A DNA stretch of 64,000 nt from Takakia lepidozioides (GCA_030704615.1 JAKLZA010000010.1:69055-133054); one strand, 5' to 3'. Counted from the first letter of the stretch, positions 1 through 13,134 are shown. The notes: generated by a model not told the origin, from the letters alone. Made by a program: numbers and translations.

Positions 1-1232
1 CTTCCTGGAACAAATCGGATGCTCGTTTCTGGCAGTGGGTTTTCTCTTTCAATAACAAATTTCTTTTTGACGCAGGGGCTCTCATGCAGGCAAAGGACAT
101 GTTGGCTCGCAGAACTCTCTTCAGCTACATGAAGTCTTCCGGGTTTTGGGTCATCAAAATGTGGACATGCATCAACACCCTTCCTCTTTCGAAAGGGGAG
201 TTCCCTGGGCAAAAGAGGAATTGTTCTCTCTAAATGACACTTTTCGGTGTTTCGTGTTCCATTCATATTTTTTAGTTTTGCTTGCGTAATTGATTCTATG
301 GGCTTTTCTTGCAGACTCGGGTGTTTGAAGCTTTGTGCTTGGTGAGGTTGCGGAAGGACACCCTTCCTCCTTTCATTCCTGAGTTCCAGTTGAGGGACCT
401 TGCAGCTCACATCGACCCCAACTGTGAGTCTGTGGAGGAGGATGTGGTTTTCAATTACGTGGATTCTTGAAAAGGTCGCATGGTGTCCCTTGGAGAGGTG
501 CTCGGGAGAAATCCCCAGCTTTCATGCAGACTCTGGTGGAGACATGCAGCCGGTACGGTTGGCGGGTGGTGTACTTGTCTATGGGCACAGCTGGGCTGCC
601 TCTTGTTGCCCAATTCTCAACTGTAAGAGCTTCAATTTGTTTTGCGGCATTGTGTTTTACCTTTAAGTTTTGGCTGGAATTGCAGGTGCATATTTCCATG
701 CCTGCAAGAGCGCCGACAGACACTTCTTCGGCATGGAGGGGGATGCAAAGCTCTTTTCGAGCGAGCTTGAATAGCTAACCTCTGGCTCAACATCAGCCCC
801 CTGCACGGAGGCAGTTTTTGAGGAGACCTTCTGACGAAGATCTGGACGTTGACTCTGATTTTGAGTGTGAGTAAGTCCTATTTGTTGTCGTGCGGGTGGG
901 TGATGCATTTCCTTGCTTGTTTGCTTGTCGTGCATTCCAATGCAGTGACTTCTGACACCATTTGGGTTGGTTCATTTCAGAGTACCGCACCATTCATCGG
1001 CGCCATCCTTGCGGTTTTGAAGGATACAACTTGTCTCCAAGTCCACCCCATGGTTTCCACTTGCCTATTTACGCGGAGGCATGCGCACGTGTCTTGTCCC
1101 AGTAGTCGGCTTGTTCTCCTCCCAAGGGGGGCCGTGGCAGGAAAAAAACGTTGCTATCGGGCTAGGATATATGTAGATGACATTGCTACGTCCGTGTCTG
1201 GAAATAGTTCCTCTGGAGCCTCGGGTTGTTGA
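1..1232 (+). pseudogene. 3' exons of a diverged (family C) ParB-methyltransferase-like gene
   Basis: Exon at ~315-590 reads TRVFEALCLV...DPNCESVEEDVVFNYV...REKSPAFMQTLVETCSRYGWRVVYLSMGT, aligning with family A/B RTRSPAFIQT(I/L)METC.DV.G.(V/I)LDL.CGTG. Exon at ~686-868 reads GAYFHACKSADRHFFGMEGD plus an acidic tail. Last exon at ~981-1232 reads SPSPPHGFHLPIYA...RARIYVDD, similar to family B MPSPEREYILPTYA...RARRFVLD. Contains in-frame stops. Confidence 0.75.
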
Positions 1233-1805
1233 GGGAGTAGATGAAAACTGGCTTAATAAATGGTGTTTTGGATTACAAGTGTTGCCATCCCTATTCTACT
1301 GCCATGTCTCCATGTATTCGTAGACTCAATACCTTCCATGAAAAATGCGACATATTTTAGAACCAAAAATTTCGAACATAAAAGGTGGATGAAGATTGGT
1401 GTTTCCGGAATGGACTCGATGTTTTCTTACGTTGCAGATGAATTTGCAAGTTTCCACATTATTACAGAGAACGCATGGTATTTTGGGATGTTGGCCTTCA
1501 ACTTCGGAATTTTCCCATTTGCATTGCTCTCGTGATTTGTCATCCGTCCTGAATGTGGATGGGGAAGGAACCTTCCCAAATGATAAAGGTGGGCAACCGC
1601 AAGCGCTGCAATCGACTTTCCTTCCGCGGACCTAGAGGCCATCCACGGAATTGGGTGCTCTACGTTCGAAAGAATGCTGACGTGGCGTGAGCCCACCTGC
1701 GCTCACGTGGCCACACTCACGCGGAAGCATTGCCCGTGCACTGAGTGCCACCCAGATGATTCTGGGATCAAATCCTGCTACTTGAAGGGTGTGGTATGCT
1801 CTTTT

Positions 1806-2653
1806 TCGCAAGACCACTCGGTGGCATTTCCGCCCCTCCTACAATCCTTGTCTGCACACACCCTCTCAAAGAATGAGACCATATTCTGAAATCCTGGGGT
1901 GTCGGAAGGCTCTTCGGCAGTCGCCTTCTTTAGTGCTCTGCCCTTCAGACCCTCCATGGTCTTCATGTATGCCAACTTGGATGCCCGTCCATCCAAAACC
2001 GCCAAGAAACTCTCATTTACACACTGGACTACTGTTTCGGGAGCCTCTTTCGGCCTCTTCATTTCCACCGGCTCGAAAGGGTGCCCCCCTGGGGGGTTGA
2101 AGAGTGCCTTCTTTGCCAAGCCAGTTCTCGTGCCACAGGGGAGGCAGCCTGTGTTTGGGGGGGTGGGCTGGTTGCAAAGTCTCCATCGGAGTCCTCTTCC
2201 TCACCCTCTTCCTGAACAGGCTGTTTCTGCTTCTTCGTTTTAGCGGGTGTCACAACAGCTGCTCCTTGCTGGCGAGTCCTCTTCTTCGACCCCTTCTGTT
2301 GGGCCTGCACAGCTGCATCCACCGTCTTTTGTGCCATCTCAGCTGCCTTTCTGGATTCTTCCAGAGCAGCAGATTCCTTTGCCGACTTTGGCCCAGCAGG
2401 GACACGTCTTTCCTTTCTTCTCTTCTGCCCAAGGCGTGCAGATCTTTCTCAGACTCGTCAACAATACCGCCAGACATGTCCAGGTACATGGGCATCCAAC
2501 GAGATGCGCGGATGCCATTGTTTCTGCATCTCGGGTGTGTAGACACAGCTTGGGCCCGCCACGGTCCAAGCCATGAAGAACGGGGGCTCTTGAGCCAGGG
2601 CCCCTGTCTGCACGTATTTCATATACCTGCAAGGCAGTCAGCATGCGTGAGCA
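1806..2653 (+). mobile_element. Fragment of family A MULE (copy A0), part of the ParB-MTase gene
   Basis: Near-identical to 15516-16393 with small deletions. It stops exactly where the TIR of copy A1 begins (GCGTGAGCA|GAGGTTT). Confidence 0.9.
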
Positions 2654-2760
2654 GAGGTTTACTATTTCATGAGCAGAAACCATGAGCCATGAGCCATGAG
2701 CCGCATGAGCCGCATGAGCGGTGAGCCGAAGTCTAAGATACGCGGATTTCATGAGCGGAC
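2654..2760. repeat. Terminal inverted repeat / subterminal CATGAGC iterations (transposase-side end)
   Basis: GAGGTTTACTATTTCATGAGC followed by several CATGAGC heptamers; mirrors 25960-26066. Confidence 0.88.
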
Positions 2761-3501
2761 TCCTCCAAATTTGGAAATGCGGCAGATTAAACAAGTATAA
2801 AATAATAGTTTTTATTTGACCTTGCCGTTTTTGGACGTTCCAGATCATGTAATGCGGCGAAGATATGTCGTCAGTAACAAGTCCGCTCATGGTTTTTTAG
2901 ATCCGCTCATGGAAATAAGTGACCGTGCAACGGGAAATCCAGTATACCACTGCAAAAGGACGTCGCATACTGGCCTGTATAGAGTATTCCGCGGTTTTAC
3001 ATGCCTTAACATTGGAATGAAGCTGACCCTTTTGCCGCGATTGAACCAATGGAGTCTGCACCAATACAGTTGCAGTACTTCACAATTCTGTCTTCTTCGG
3101 GTATTCGGCGGGAAAGGTTTGCAACTGAACTGGGAAATAGGGTGCCGCATTAGGGTTCGCACGTGCGAAATTTCGGAGCGGTTTGGTGTTGGCGAAGGCC
3201 GCCTCTCTAGGGTACCTACGACGATACTTGGAAATGCGGCGCCGCATTTCCTTGTCGGAGGTCAAATGAGGAAAGCAAGTTTTCGGAAAGCAGAAAAACA
3301 TGAACCCTCCAACATACAAAAATACATGCACGTGGAAACAAGTGAACGATATAGTAATATCTTAGTTCGAGCAAAACAGGTTACTGGTAGGCAAGACATA
3401 TGTCGGACTTTGTGTGGCCAGAGTCTGAGGTACTGGCAGCAGTACAGTTCTACTATCCGAAAAGGATGGGCGTACCATTGTATGTGGACCGCAAGCCAAG
3501 C

Positions 3502-6500
3502 TCACTGGTCCCCTGGATCCATATTCAGAAGAGTGTGAACCTCCTGGGGGCTCAACCCTGGTGCATGTATGAAGTGATGAGTTGTGGAATTACAACGGAG
3601 TCTCTTTAGGTACACGTAGTACAAATGCTTGCAAGGGCAGTATGATGCCCCCTTGTTCGCCATGATCTGGAAGTCGGTGCAATTGCAGGTGGGTAATTCT
3701 GAAATGGTGATGGTGTACACCTCATTGCGAACAGCTGAGCCCGCCGTGGCCATCTGATACACACGCCCGAATCCTGGTGGGGGCACTTCTGTCGAGCTCT
3801 GGATTGTACAGTTCATCCGAAGTGCATTCCCCATCCTTGTCTCGTTCACTTTTGAGGGAGGTCGCCGCCTCTTCGGTTTCCCCAACGGTGTGTAGGATGC
3901 TTAGAGCTGTCGTGTCCCATTGTTCTTGCTCTCACAGGGGTCGGTGGTGGAGGCTGTGGAAGCGGAAATGGTTCTCTGGGACGTCAGTGTGCGCGCACCA
4001 TCCGAAATCCTGCGGCGGTAAGGGCGTCGGCCTCAACCTGACTCAGATCGCAGCCTGGTTCCACCGGCCCACACCGGGGGAGCCTCTGGCATTGTTTGTA
4101 TGCCGTACTTGGGCTTTCCATACACGCAAGTCATAATGTCGTGCCTGCAGAACCAGAACTGGGTGGTTGTCGCCTCCGCAAACTTTGCATGGACAAATCT
4201 TCCTGTAAAAGTAGGAGCAGGGACAGCCCCATCTGGATTCCTCCTTATCATCTCTAAACAACGTTGCCGTGTATCCACACGAATTGCGGAACACCTTCCT
4301 CGAAACGACGGCTTTGTGCGAGCAATTCTCCACTGTGATGCAGACACAGTCGTCTCCACAATGGCTTGGCCATACTGCATAACAGCGGGCGGAATGTGGG
4401 GCAAGGGAGCGGTGGGAATTTGTTGCACGAAATCCCCGGTTGAAGGCGACGGCGATCTGGAATTTCTTGGGCTTCCACTGCTGGAAGACACATTGTGCGG
4501 CAACATGACGGGACCTCGAGGTGCTGTCCGAATGTTCCTGTCGGATCTCCAGGAATCCTCTTCGCACCCGGGTTCCTCTTCAATCCTCCGCCTGACAGGG
4601 CGAGTCCGGACGTCCCCCTCTAGGTGTTCACCTCTGCGGTGCAGAGGCGTCCCTTTGATCTTCTCTCGCAATGCTGTCGCCCATTTCACTGGATTCTTGG
4701 ACCTCGAAGCTGTTCGTACCAACAATTCCTCCCTGTCCGGCCCAAAGCCCCATTGTTTGCCGCTCAGGAACTTGTAGTACGTGGCTTGCTGCATGATTGC
4801 TCTGTCGATGTCCTCCGTTGTGGCCGTCACTACGTCCACCAGATGTGCGGCAGAAGACGCTCGCCAGGAGGAGTGGACCGATTCTGCCATATTCGTGTTG
4901 GCATGTCCGTGTCGGAATCCAAGCACCGCTCCTAGAAGGACACAAACAATGGTGAGGGACCAATCGAAATGTCCGTAACAGAAAGACAAATGAACGAAAT
5001 TGACAGCAGCAGCCTACCTCCCGCATGTACTGTCCGAACTGTCGATACCGAAATGCCACCACCCCAACCAGCTGTGCAATGCTCCCAGATTGGTTGTCTC
5101 CACTGCACCTGACGTGTTCCACCAAGCCTCGATGATAGCAAACTTAACCTCCGCGTCATCAAATGTGGGTGCATCCTTCCACGCCGTACAAAGGACACGG
5201 TGTTCAGCCTGGAATGAGCTAGCAACAAATTTGGTAGTGTAGTGGATAGACTCTGCATCCAATGGAATCCACAGGATCTCTCTTTCCCTTCATTGGAACA
5301 TTGGGGTCCTCACCGTACACACGCCGCACCGCTGCCCAGTTGGCCTGAGCGTTGTCTGCCATGAATCCCCTGAAATTGGGCTCTGGCAATCCCGCCCTTG
5401 CCATCTGCTCGTTTATGCCCTCCCACAGATGCATCTCGGACTGTGTGTCCTCCCCTTTCATCTCGCAGATTGCAATCGTCATGAGCCTCTTGGAGTGATA
5501 GTCATAAACATGCGCACCCATAGTCACCCACTGATGGTTTGTAATTCGCTTGATGTGATCAAACATCACCCAAGCATTCGACAAGTTTCCAGTTGTCATG
5601 CGAGTGACCAAGTCGACTCCACTCCCAGGCCCACACGTCGACATTTTGAAAATGTAACAACGATCGGATTCGCTGCCTTGCCCTGGAAACCTGCTACCTT
5701 GGATGTAGTCATATCCAGTCATTCGTTTCACCTCCAGGATTGAGTACATGTCCGACCCCCTGCCGAACTCCTGCTTGCAAGATACGATGTGATTCCGCAC
5801 ATTCGGACTACAAAACGTGCGAGACGGACTCCAAGAGGTCACGCATCTCGTCTTCGGTCAAGGGCTCTCGGTCGGAACCATCTTCAGACATGATTTTGCC
5901 AAGAGCAATCTTGTGAGCTGCCTTCAGCTGAATCTGCTTTGGTCTGGCTCCGGGGCTCAATTTCACCTCCTCTTTTATGATGTCGTGTGTCCTGCACAGC
6001 CTCACGCATGTTGCCTCTCGCAAGGGGTGGCAGTGGACCCCAACGTGTATGCAAGCTCTAGTCAAGTCCGGGAGCAAATGGATAACGTAATATTGCTTGG
6101 CTCTGCACATGGACATGCACGTCGGTGGTTCTTTGCAATGTGCACACTTGAAAGAACCCGCAGGAGCTTGGCTGGAGACAATGAATGGATGATGCGTTGT
6201 GCCAGTCCAATCCGTCTCGTTTCTCCGCCCTCCTTTGGAGAGAAAGTGGAAGCAGGTGGGATTGAGGCACCTCAGCTTCCCCGCACAGAGGACATATCGT
6301 ACACGAACACCATCAGCAATTTTCGTGCTACTGGTCTTCGTCACACACCAGGGGTGTCCGTCATGCTTTCGATCCATGTCTGTTAACATCCCGGAGGCTT
6401 CTTTGACGACGAAGAAACAGGTGGAAACTCGAAGATGACATTGCCATCGACTTCGGGAGGCAGAAAACGTTACCTTTCTGACTGGGAATTTGGCATAGTC

Positions 6501-7109
6501 GAGAGCAGCCAGCTCGGAGCGAGAACCATCGAGGTGATGTTGTCGTAGGAGCTGCACAATGGACCGGGTTGGAGTTATGCTCGAGGGCACATTCGTAGCA
6601 CCTACAGAGACGTCCATGCCGATTTGAACGACCGTGTGGAGGACATGGGTACCTCAATGCAATCATCTTCCTCGTCGGAAATGTCGAATACGTCCACACG
6701 AGAAGCTATGGAGGGTCTTGACGGTCCAGGTCGGGAATGATTATCGTTGCATACCTCTCTGTTGGCAGTGGCCGCCTCTCGGTTTCCGGACTCCTTTGTG
6801 GATGGTGTGGGCAGCGACTGATTCGGAAAGGGAATGGGCATTCCCACAGCTCGGTACAGGATGGTGTCTGACGGGGGAAACGTGCCATTCGATTCCGCAA
6901 CCTCCGTCGTTACCTAGCACGACAATGGTCTCGTCAACCTGTCCAGGGAACATCCTTCCTTTCTTCTTCCAAATAAACTGTGCCCGGTTTGAGCTTGAAT
7001 TGGAACAAAGGTAAGTTTCAGTCACTCTGCAAAGTCCTCCCTCGTTTGGGATCCAGGCTCTCCCAAGTTGCGGAGGACAGCAAACTATAGCGTAGGAATT
7101 CGGAGCCAT
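3502..7109 (-). CDS. MULE transposase (GCM-like Zn domain, DDE core, SWIM), frameshifted, one intron
   Basis: ORF pieces 5808-6617, 5219-5842, 4033-4989 and 3502-3885 contain WVMFDH, FMADN, TNMAES and SWIM CNCTDF...CKHL. Confidence 0.88.
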
Positions 7110-7534
7110 CGAACACCGCACGGAGTTGGCAAGTGCGAGGTTCAGTATAGCGACAGACCAAGGCTCACAGGCACCATCTAAGTGGATCTGCGGAGTCCAT
7201 CGACGATTGGAAGTCGCACATTGAAGTGGAAAGTATTGTTTCAAGCTACATGCATGAAGGTGGGAGGTTTGATTCCATAGCCAGTGAGTATGACAATGAT
7301 GGCCGATTCGGCGACGAAATAACATCTCCTGACAGTTTCTCCTGAGGGTGGATCCAGCAGTATTCTCGGTGCAGACAGGAACGTTCGCACTGACAAGTGC
7401 CAGGACAATTGGTTAAAACGGTCAGACAACCAAGTTGTGCTCATCAAGACTGGCCGCAATTGTGTTGTTTCGGAACAATGCAACCCATTCAGGTTCCAGA
7501 TTTCCCGTCCAGAGTGATTCTTTCGATTGCTGGT

Positions 7535-9235
7535 GGACGGAAATACGGCGCCGCATTTCCGTATTGCATCTTGGTCATGCACCAGAGCGACGGAAATGCG
7601 GCACCGGACCGAGTTTCCGTCCGGGGGGAAACCTTTATACTCTCCAGAACGGAAATGCGGTAACGCATTTCCATCCAGCAAGCGCGGTATGTGAAGGTCG
7701 AACGGAAATGCGGTACCGCATTTCCGTTCTGATTGAGATTTATGAACAACGGGAACAGAAATGCGGCCCGCATTTCCGTCCGAGTCGCACTTTTCCGACA
7801 TTTCAGAACGGAAATGCGCCGCCGCATTTCCATTTTGTATCTGATGCATGGAGCTGAGGGATAGAAATGCTGCAGCACATTCGTCCTAAAAGACATTCAT
7901 ACTCTCCAGAACGGAAATGCGGTACCGCATTTCACCACAAGCACGGTATGTGAAGGGGAACGGAAATGCGGTACGCATTTCCGTTCTGATTGAGATTATG
8001 AACACGGGAACAGAAATGCGGCACGCATTTCCGTCCGAGTCGCACTTTTCGACATTCCAGAACGGAAATGCGGCGCCGCATTTCCATTTGTATCTGATGC
8101 ATGGAGCCGAGTGCGATTCCGACAGCTTCATACAGCGCAATTCCGACCGCTTGAGACATTCATACTATCCAGAACGGAATGCGGCAACGCATTTCCGTTC
8201 TGACTGAAAATCGTGAACCATCTGAACTAAAATGCGGCACCGTATTTCCATCGCGATCGCACCTACCAACATTCCAGAACGGAAATGCGGTACCGCATTT
8301 CCGTTCTGACTGAAAATCGTGAACCGTCGGAACTGAAATGCGGCAAGCATTTCCATCCGATCGCACCTCCCAACATTCCAGAACGGAATGTATTATTTCA
8401 AAGGGAAATGCGGCACCGCATTTCCGTTCTGCTGTGAAATATCCTGAAACCTCGGAACTGAAATGCGGTACCGCATTTCCGTGGGAGTCGCACCTTCCGA
8501 CATTCCAAACGGAAATGCGGCGCCGCATTTCCGTTTTGTATGTGAGGCATGGAGCTGTGGAACGAAAATGCGGCACGGAATTTCCGCCAGCGTCAGACGT
8601 TAATACTCTACAGACGGAAATGCGGTACCGCATTCCATTCTGACTGAAAATCGTGGCGCAACGGGAACAGAAATCCGGCACCGCATTTCCGTTCGAGTCG
8701 CACCTTCCGACATTCTAGAACGGAAATGCGGCGCCGCATTTCCGTTTTGTATATTGGGCCTGGAGCTGTGCTACGAAAATGTGTACCCGCATTTCCATCA
8801 TGTGAGAGACCTTCAAACTTTCCGGACCGGAATGCGGCACCGCATTTCTGTCCAGGTGATACCTCTATACTTTCCCGAACGGAAATGTGGCACGGCATGT
8901 CCATTCATCATCTAACGGATGTGAAGTGGGAACGGAATGCGGTACCGCATTTCCGTTCACATTGAAATCATGAACCACGGGAACTGAAATGTTGTGCCTC
9001 ATTCCCGCCCAATCGCACCTTTCGACATTCCAGACGGAAATGCGGCGCCGCATTTCCCTTTTGAATCTCATACATGGAGCTGTGGGACGAAATGCGGCAC
9101 CGTATTTCGTTCGTTCAACACTAAGGTATGTGAAGGTGGAACGGAAATGCGGTGCCGCATTTTCTTCCAACAAGTACGGATGGGTAGCTTCGTGATCGTA
9201 CTTAACGGAAATGCGGCGCCGCATTCGCATTTTCG
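7535..9235. repeat. Dispersed array of A-type palindromes GGAAATGCGG(CG/TG/CA/TA)CCGCATTTCC
   Basis: Roughly 30 copies at ~53-bp spacing; mirror of 19575-21180. Confidence 0.92.
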
Positions 9236-9577
9236 CTCCAACTGATCAGACGCTGGGACGGAAATACCTTGAAATGTGAACACGTGGAGCAACGGAATTG
9301 CTGCACATGTCGGCACTCTATCTGACTGAAGGGGCATGAGGCGGCGCGGCCTGACCGTTCGATAATGATGTTTGTTTTCGTACGGCAGGCGTACCCTCAA
9401 CGATTCGAATTTCGTAATGACGCAAACTCCACGAGGAGACACTTTCGTCCAACCCTTCGAACCCAAGTGGTGCATCACGCCGTTTCATCTACTTTTGTCG
9501 TGTCTCCTCCTCAGTCACCCCTCTCGCGCCCCTTTCCATCTGCAATCTTTGGCCCTTTCCCTTCTCTTGTTCTTCTT

Positions 9578-9751
9578 ATGCTCGAACCTGAGAGGGGGGG
9601 AGTAGTTCGTGCCACCAGCCAGGACCTCGTCGCAAAGCTCCGGAAATTATTACTTCGGACGTAGGCCAATGCCGAAGGGGAGGAAGCAGATGCGTCTACA
9701 GGAGGAGATTGCCATTCCGAGCAGCAGGCCACTCAGGCAACCCAGCCACCA
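9578..9751 (+). CDS. First coding exon of the ParB-MTase gene of copy A1
   Basis: ATG CTC GAA CCT...; corresponds to MLEPERGG...RRKL.KLYFGRRP...LQEEI of copy A2; putative donor GTGAGA. Confidence 0.55.
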
Positions 9752-9763
9752 GTGAGAGCTCCA

Positions 9764-10263
9764 NNNNNNNNNNNNNNNNNNNNNNNNNNNNNNNNNNNNN
9801 NNNNNNNNNNNNNNNNNNNNNNNNNNNNNNNNNNNNNNNNNNNNNNNNNNNNNNNNNNNNNNNNNNNNNNNNNNNNNNNNNNNNNNNNNNNNNNNNNNNN
9901 NNNNNNNNNNNNNNNNNNNNNNNNNNNNNNNNNNNNNNNNNNNNNNNNNNNNNNNNNNNNNNNNNNNNNNNNNNNNNNNNNNNNNNNNNNNNNNNNNNNN
10001 NNNNNNNNNNNNNNNNNNNNNNNNNNNNNNNNNNNNNNNNNNNNNNNNNNNNNNNNNNNNNNNNNNNNNNNNNNNNNNNNNNNNNNNNNNNNNNNNNNNN
10101 NNNNNNNNNNNNNNNNNNNNNNNNNNNNNNNNNNNNNNNNNNNNNNNNNNNNNNNNNNNNNNNNNNNNNNNNNNNNNNNNNNNNNNNNNNNNNNNNNNNN
10201 NNNNNNNNNNNNNNNNNNNNNNNNNNNNNNNNNNNNNNNNNNNNNNNNNNNNNNNNNNNNNNN
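9764..10263. other. Assembly gap (500 N)
   Basis: Run of N. Confidence 1.
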
Positions 10264-10714
10264 CAAATGTTTCGATGAGAATGCAATCTCAGGAAATCAA
10301 CAATCTGAATGGGAGCACGAGAGCATAAATCTGCTTGCTCTCAACCCTCAATTTGGACGCCCAACTTGACGAAGTGCATGCAAAATAGATGATGAGATGG
10401 AGGGATTGTTGAGACTCTTTTCGGTCCAAGACGTCTTGATTTCCATGACATAGAAACCTCTATCCAATCCTTTCTTCTCTTCAACACGTTCAACACGTTC
10501 AAATCTTCTAAACAAGCCGGTGGAGAAGAATCCGCAGCCATGCGTATGGCCATTTGCGCTAGCTTTCCTCTCGTCACACGAAGGTCACTCAAAAGATGGT
10601 TCTGAAGAGGCCATGTTACCTTTGACACAAACTTCTAAACCAAGCATCTCCTCTGCGATGCCTTCATACAGTTGCCTCCAGATTCATGGCGGGGCTGCTG
10701 CTCGCCAAAGACAT

Positions 10715-10795
10715 GGGGCTGCTATTTCATGAGCCATGAGCCATGAGCGGCATGAGCCATGAGCAGAGTCGTAAGTGTGGAAAAAAACATGAGCA
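10715..10795. repeat. TIR with CATGAGC iterations (MTase-side end)
   Basis: GGGGCTGCTATTTCATGAGCCATGAGCCATGAGCGGCATGAGCCATGAGC. Confidence 0.88.
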
Positions 10796-11176
10796 GCACT
10801 ATTTTCCGGAAATGAGTGTCCGCGGGAATAGGGTTTAGGGTGCCACGGTCATAGGGGGAGAAGGACCTCCCGATGAAGGAGGTTCCGCAATGTTATTTAG
10901 AATTATATATTGAAAGGCAATGTTTCGCGAATGGTAGGGTGGTACTGCTCTGTACAATGGGGGCCCATTTCAGCCTACCAGCCATTTGCAAAATCCACCC
11001 ACACTCCCAATCCCAAACGAAATGAGCAATGACGCATTCTCGGAACGATGGACACAGAATAGAATAAAAAGAGGGCACAATGAGGTTTTTATTGATCCAC
11101 ATGAATTGCATTTGAAGCACGTCTACTGTGCTGATTGTGCCATCAAATCTTGAGCCCTGTGCCTACTGAATACAAG

Positions 11177-11747
11177 TCACGTTGTCAATGGGACTTCGAC
11201 TGCTCTCAGAACTAGCTCATGAGTCATGGGGCTCCTCCATGTAAAGTCGATTGCAGCCGTTGTACCGCCCCTAGTGATGTTCACCACAATGTCCTGCCCT
11301 TCAATCATACCACCATCGAATATGGAAATCTTCACGTTTTCGTCGTCCACACCAATGCGAATGTCCCCATACAATGGAGAAGAGGAGCGCACTCCTCGAG
11401 GAGGAGAATCGAGGAGGTCTCTCCGATGGAGTCCACCCACGTCCAGTGGCAGCAGTTCCACCGCAACAGCATAGCAGTGCGCCTTCTTCTGCATGGGTGA
11501 CCGTCGTAGCTGGGAAAATCGGAATCGAGGATGCGCAGGAGCCACGGACTCCTCAGACCAAGATCGTCACCCGCTCGAAGGCGTAGTGGCCTACGATATA
11601 CTCAAAAGCCACCAATGTTTCCACAATCGAACCAGTATCTTCTGTGTAATCTGTGTACCAGATAACAATGTCTCCCGATGTGGCCGAATACATTGCATAA
11701 TCGATGCCTCCAAAGGGGCAGTCGTCCCGGTTCCGGAAGCACGGCAT
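11177..11747 (-). CDS. Small cargo gene 1 (~190 aa, unknown function), frameshifted
   Basis: MPCFRNRDDCPFGGIDYAMY..SGDIVIW... joined to AVELLPLD...PLYGDIRI...ISIFDGGMIEGQDIVV...ELVLRAVEVP; paralog of 12298-12875. Confidence 0.7.
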
Positions 11748-12297
11748 CCTTGCAAAGGAGGACCTGAGGACGACTTGGATGCCGATGACCTTGCGGACAG
11801 CTACGAAGCCCTTAGATTTTGGAAATGATACGAAGCGGAAGAGCAGTCCGGCCTCCAATAATGGAGCATCTGGGTCACACGTACCCACCGACGGAGGTGG
11901 AACGTGTTCATCACGCCAGCGGTGGATGAACCCATACATCTTTCTCATCAACAAGTTATAGTTTGAGATCTGCCACCGAAGTCCATCCCCCCGGATGGAA
12001 ATTCGGCGCCGCATTTACATCGAAGAGGGGATGGACTTCGTCGTGTCCAGTGGCTATCGGCCCACCTGGCAGTGACTGCCCATAGTTTGCATGGCAGGGT
12101 AGGAAACTGAAACGGCTACATTCATGCAGCAGCCAATCTTCATCGGTCCAGGATCCTGTAGGGGGGAAATTTAAATGTGCCCTGGAGTGTTTGTGAGGAA
12201 TTGCAGCGTTAGCTTGAACTTTTTCCAGCCACCGCGGTCCTCCTCCTCCATCCGGGAGCTGCTGTCATTGAGCGTACTCCGCTACTCTTTTTCAAGG

Positions 12298-12875
12298 ATG
12301 TCGTGCCGCCGAAATCCAGCCGACTGCCCTTATCATGGGCACGATTATGCTATGTTCAAACCAGAATCAGGAGACATCATTGTCTGGCTCTCTGTTTTCA
12401 CAGACGCTGCTGGAATCAAGCAAGAGTCTTTGCGCGCAATGGAGTATCTGGAGGGCTATTACCGCTTTGAGCGAGGTGAGGGCGAGGGTCAATGCGGTCC
12501 GTGGGTCCTGAAAATTGTTGACCTCGATATACCAAGCTGGAAAGGGATGCCGGATAGATCACGCACGGCCTCGCTTTGGCGCTGGAACTGCTGCCAGTGG
12601 ACCAGGAGGACGGCACCGGGGAAAACTATATACGTGCAGATCACTCCGCTCTTCCAGTGTATGGAGACATTCGGCTGCGTTGCGAAGACGAATCGCACGG
12701 GCACATGAGGCCCACAGTGACCTTGTCAATGTATGATGGTGGTATCATTGATGGACATGACATTGTCGTCGGCTCCAGCAAGGGCAGCAGAACGACCGAA
12801 TTGCAGTTTACCTCGAGGTGCCGCAGCAGTGATGAGCTTGTTTTGAGGGGTATCGAAGTTCCGTCGACTTGGTGA
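12298..12875 (+). CDS. Small cargo gene 2 (~190 aa, unknown function), frameshifted
   Basis: MSCRRNPADCPYHGHDYAMF..SGDIIVW... joined to ALELLPVD...PVYGDIRL...LSMYDGGIIDGHDIVV...ELVLRGIEVP. Confidence 0.7.
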
Positions 12876-13134
12876 AGCCCATGTAGAAGGAGGAAGGGCT
12901 TAGTTTTGTCTGCAGTTGGTAAATGTGAGACATCGTGTCCGATCAATAAACCCATCGTACCTCACTTCTGTATGATTGTGTTTCATTGTGTTGAATAACT
13001 GTCGGAATTGGCCCACTGTTTACAATTTGATGTCTCATTTCTACAATGTGTCTGTCCGGATGAATATAGCAGAGTAACCGGTATGTGAGTCATGTCCTGT
13101 CCGGATTAATATAGCAGGTACCCGATGTGAGACA

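Larger units (their letters stand above)
2654..9763 (-). mobile_element. Family A MULE, inverted partial copy A1, abutting/inserted in copy A0 and running into the gap
   Basis: Reverse complement of ~19047-26066. Starts with the terminus GAGGTTTACTATTTCATGAGC. Confidence 0.92.

Noticed and set aside
1260-1805. Short ORFs between the family C gene and copy A0
   Set aside because: No recognisable homology or repeat structure; left unannotated.
2816-3538. 240-aa ORF near the TIR
   Set aside because: Non-ATG start, broken in copy A2, no counterpart in family B and no recognisable motif.
7241-9478. Many ORFs with MRRRIS/KCGAAF/GNAAPHF peptides (also 13100-14000, 19600-21480, 26600-27800, 48200-50200, 57900-59800)
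   Set aside because: They are translations of the palindrome in all six frames, not proteins.
9696-10369. Long poly-X ORFs
   Set aside because: Artefacts of the N gap.
10264-10714. Possible host gene fragment flanking A2
   Set aside because: Only short ORFs with no identifiable motif.
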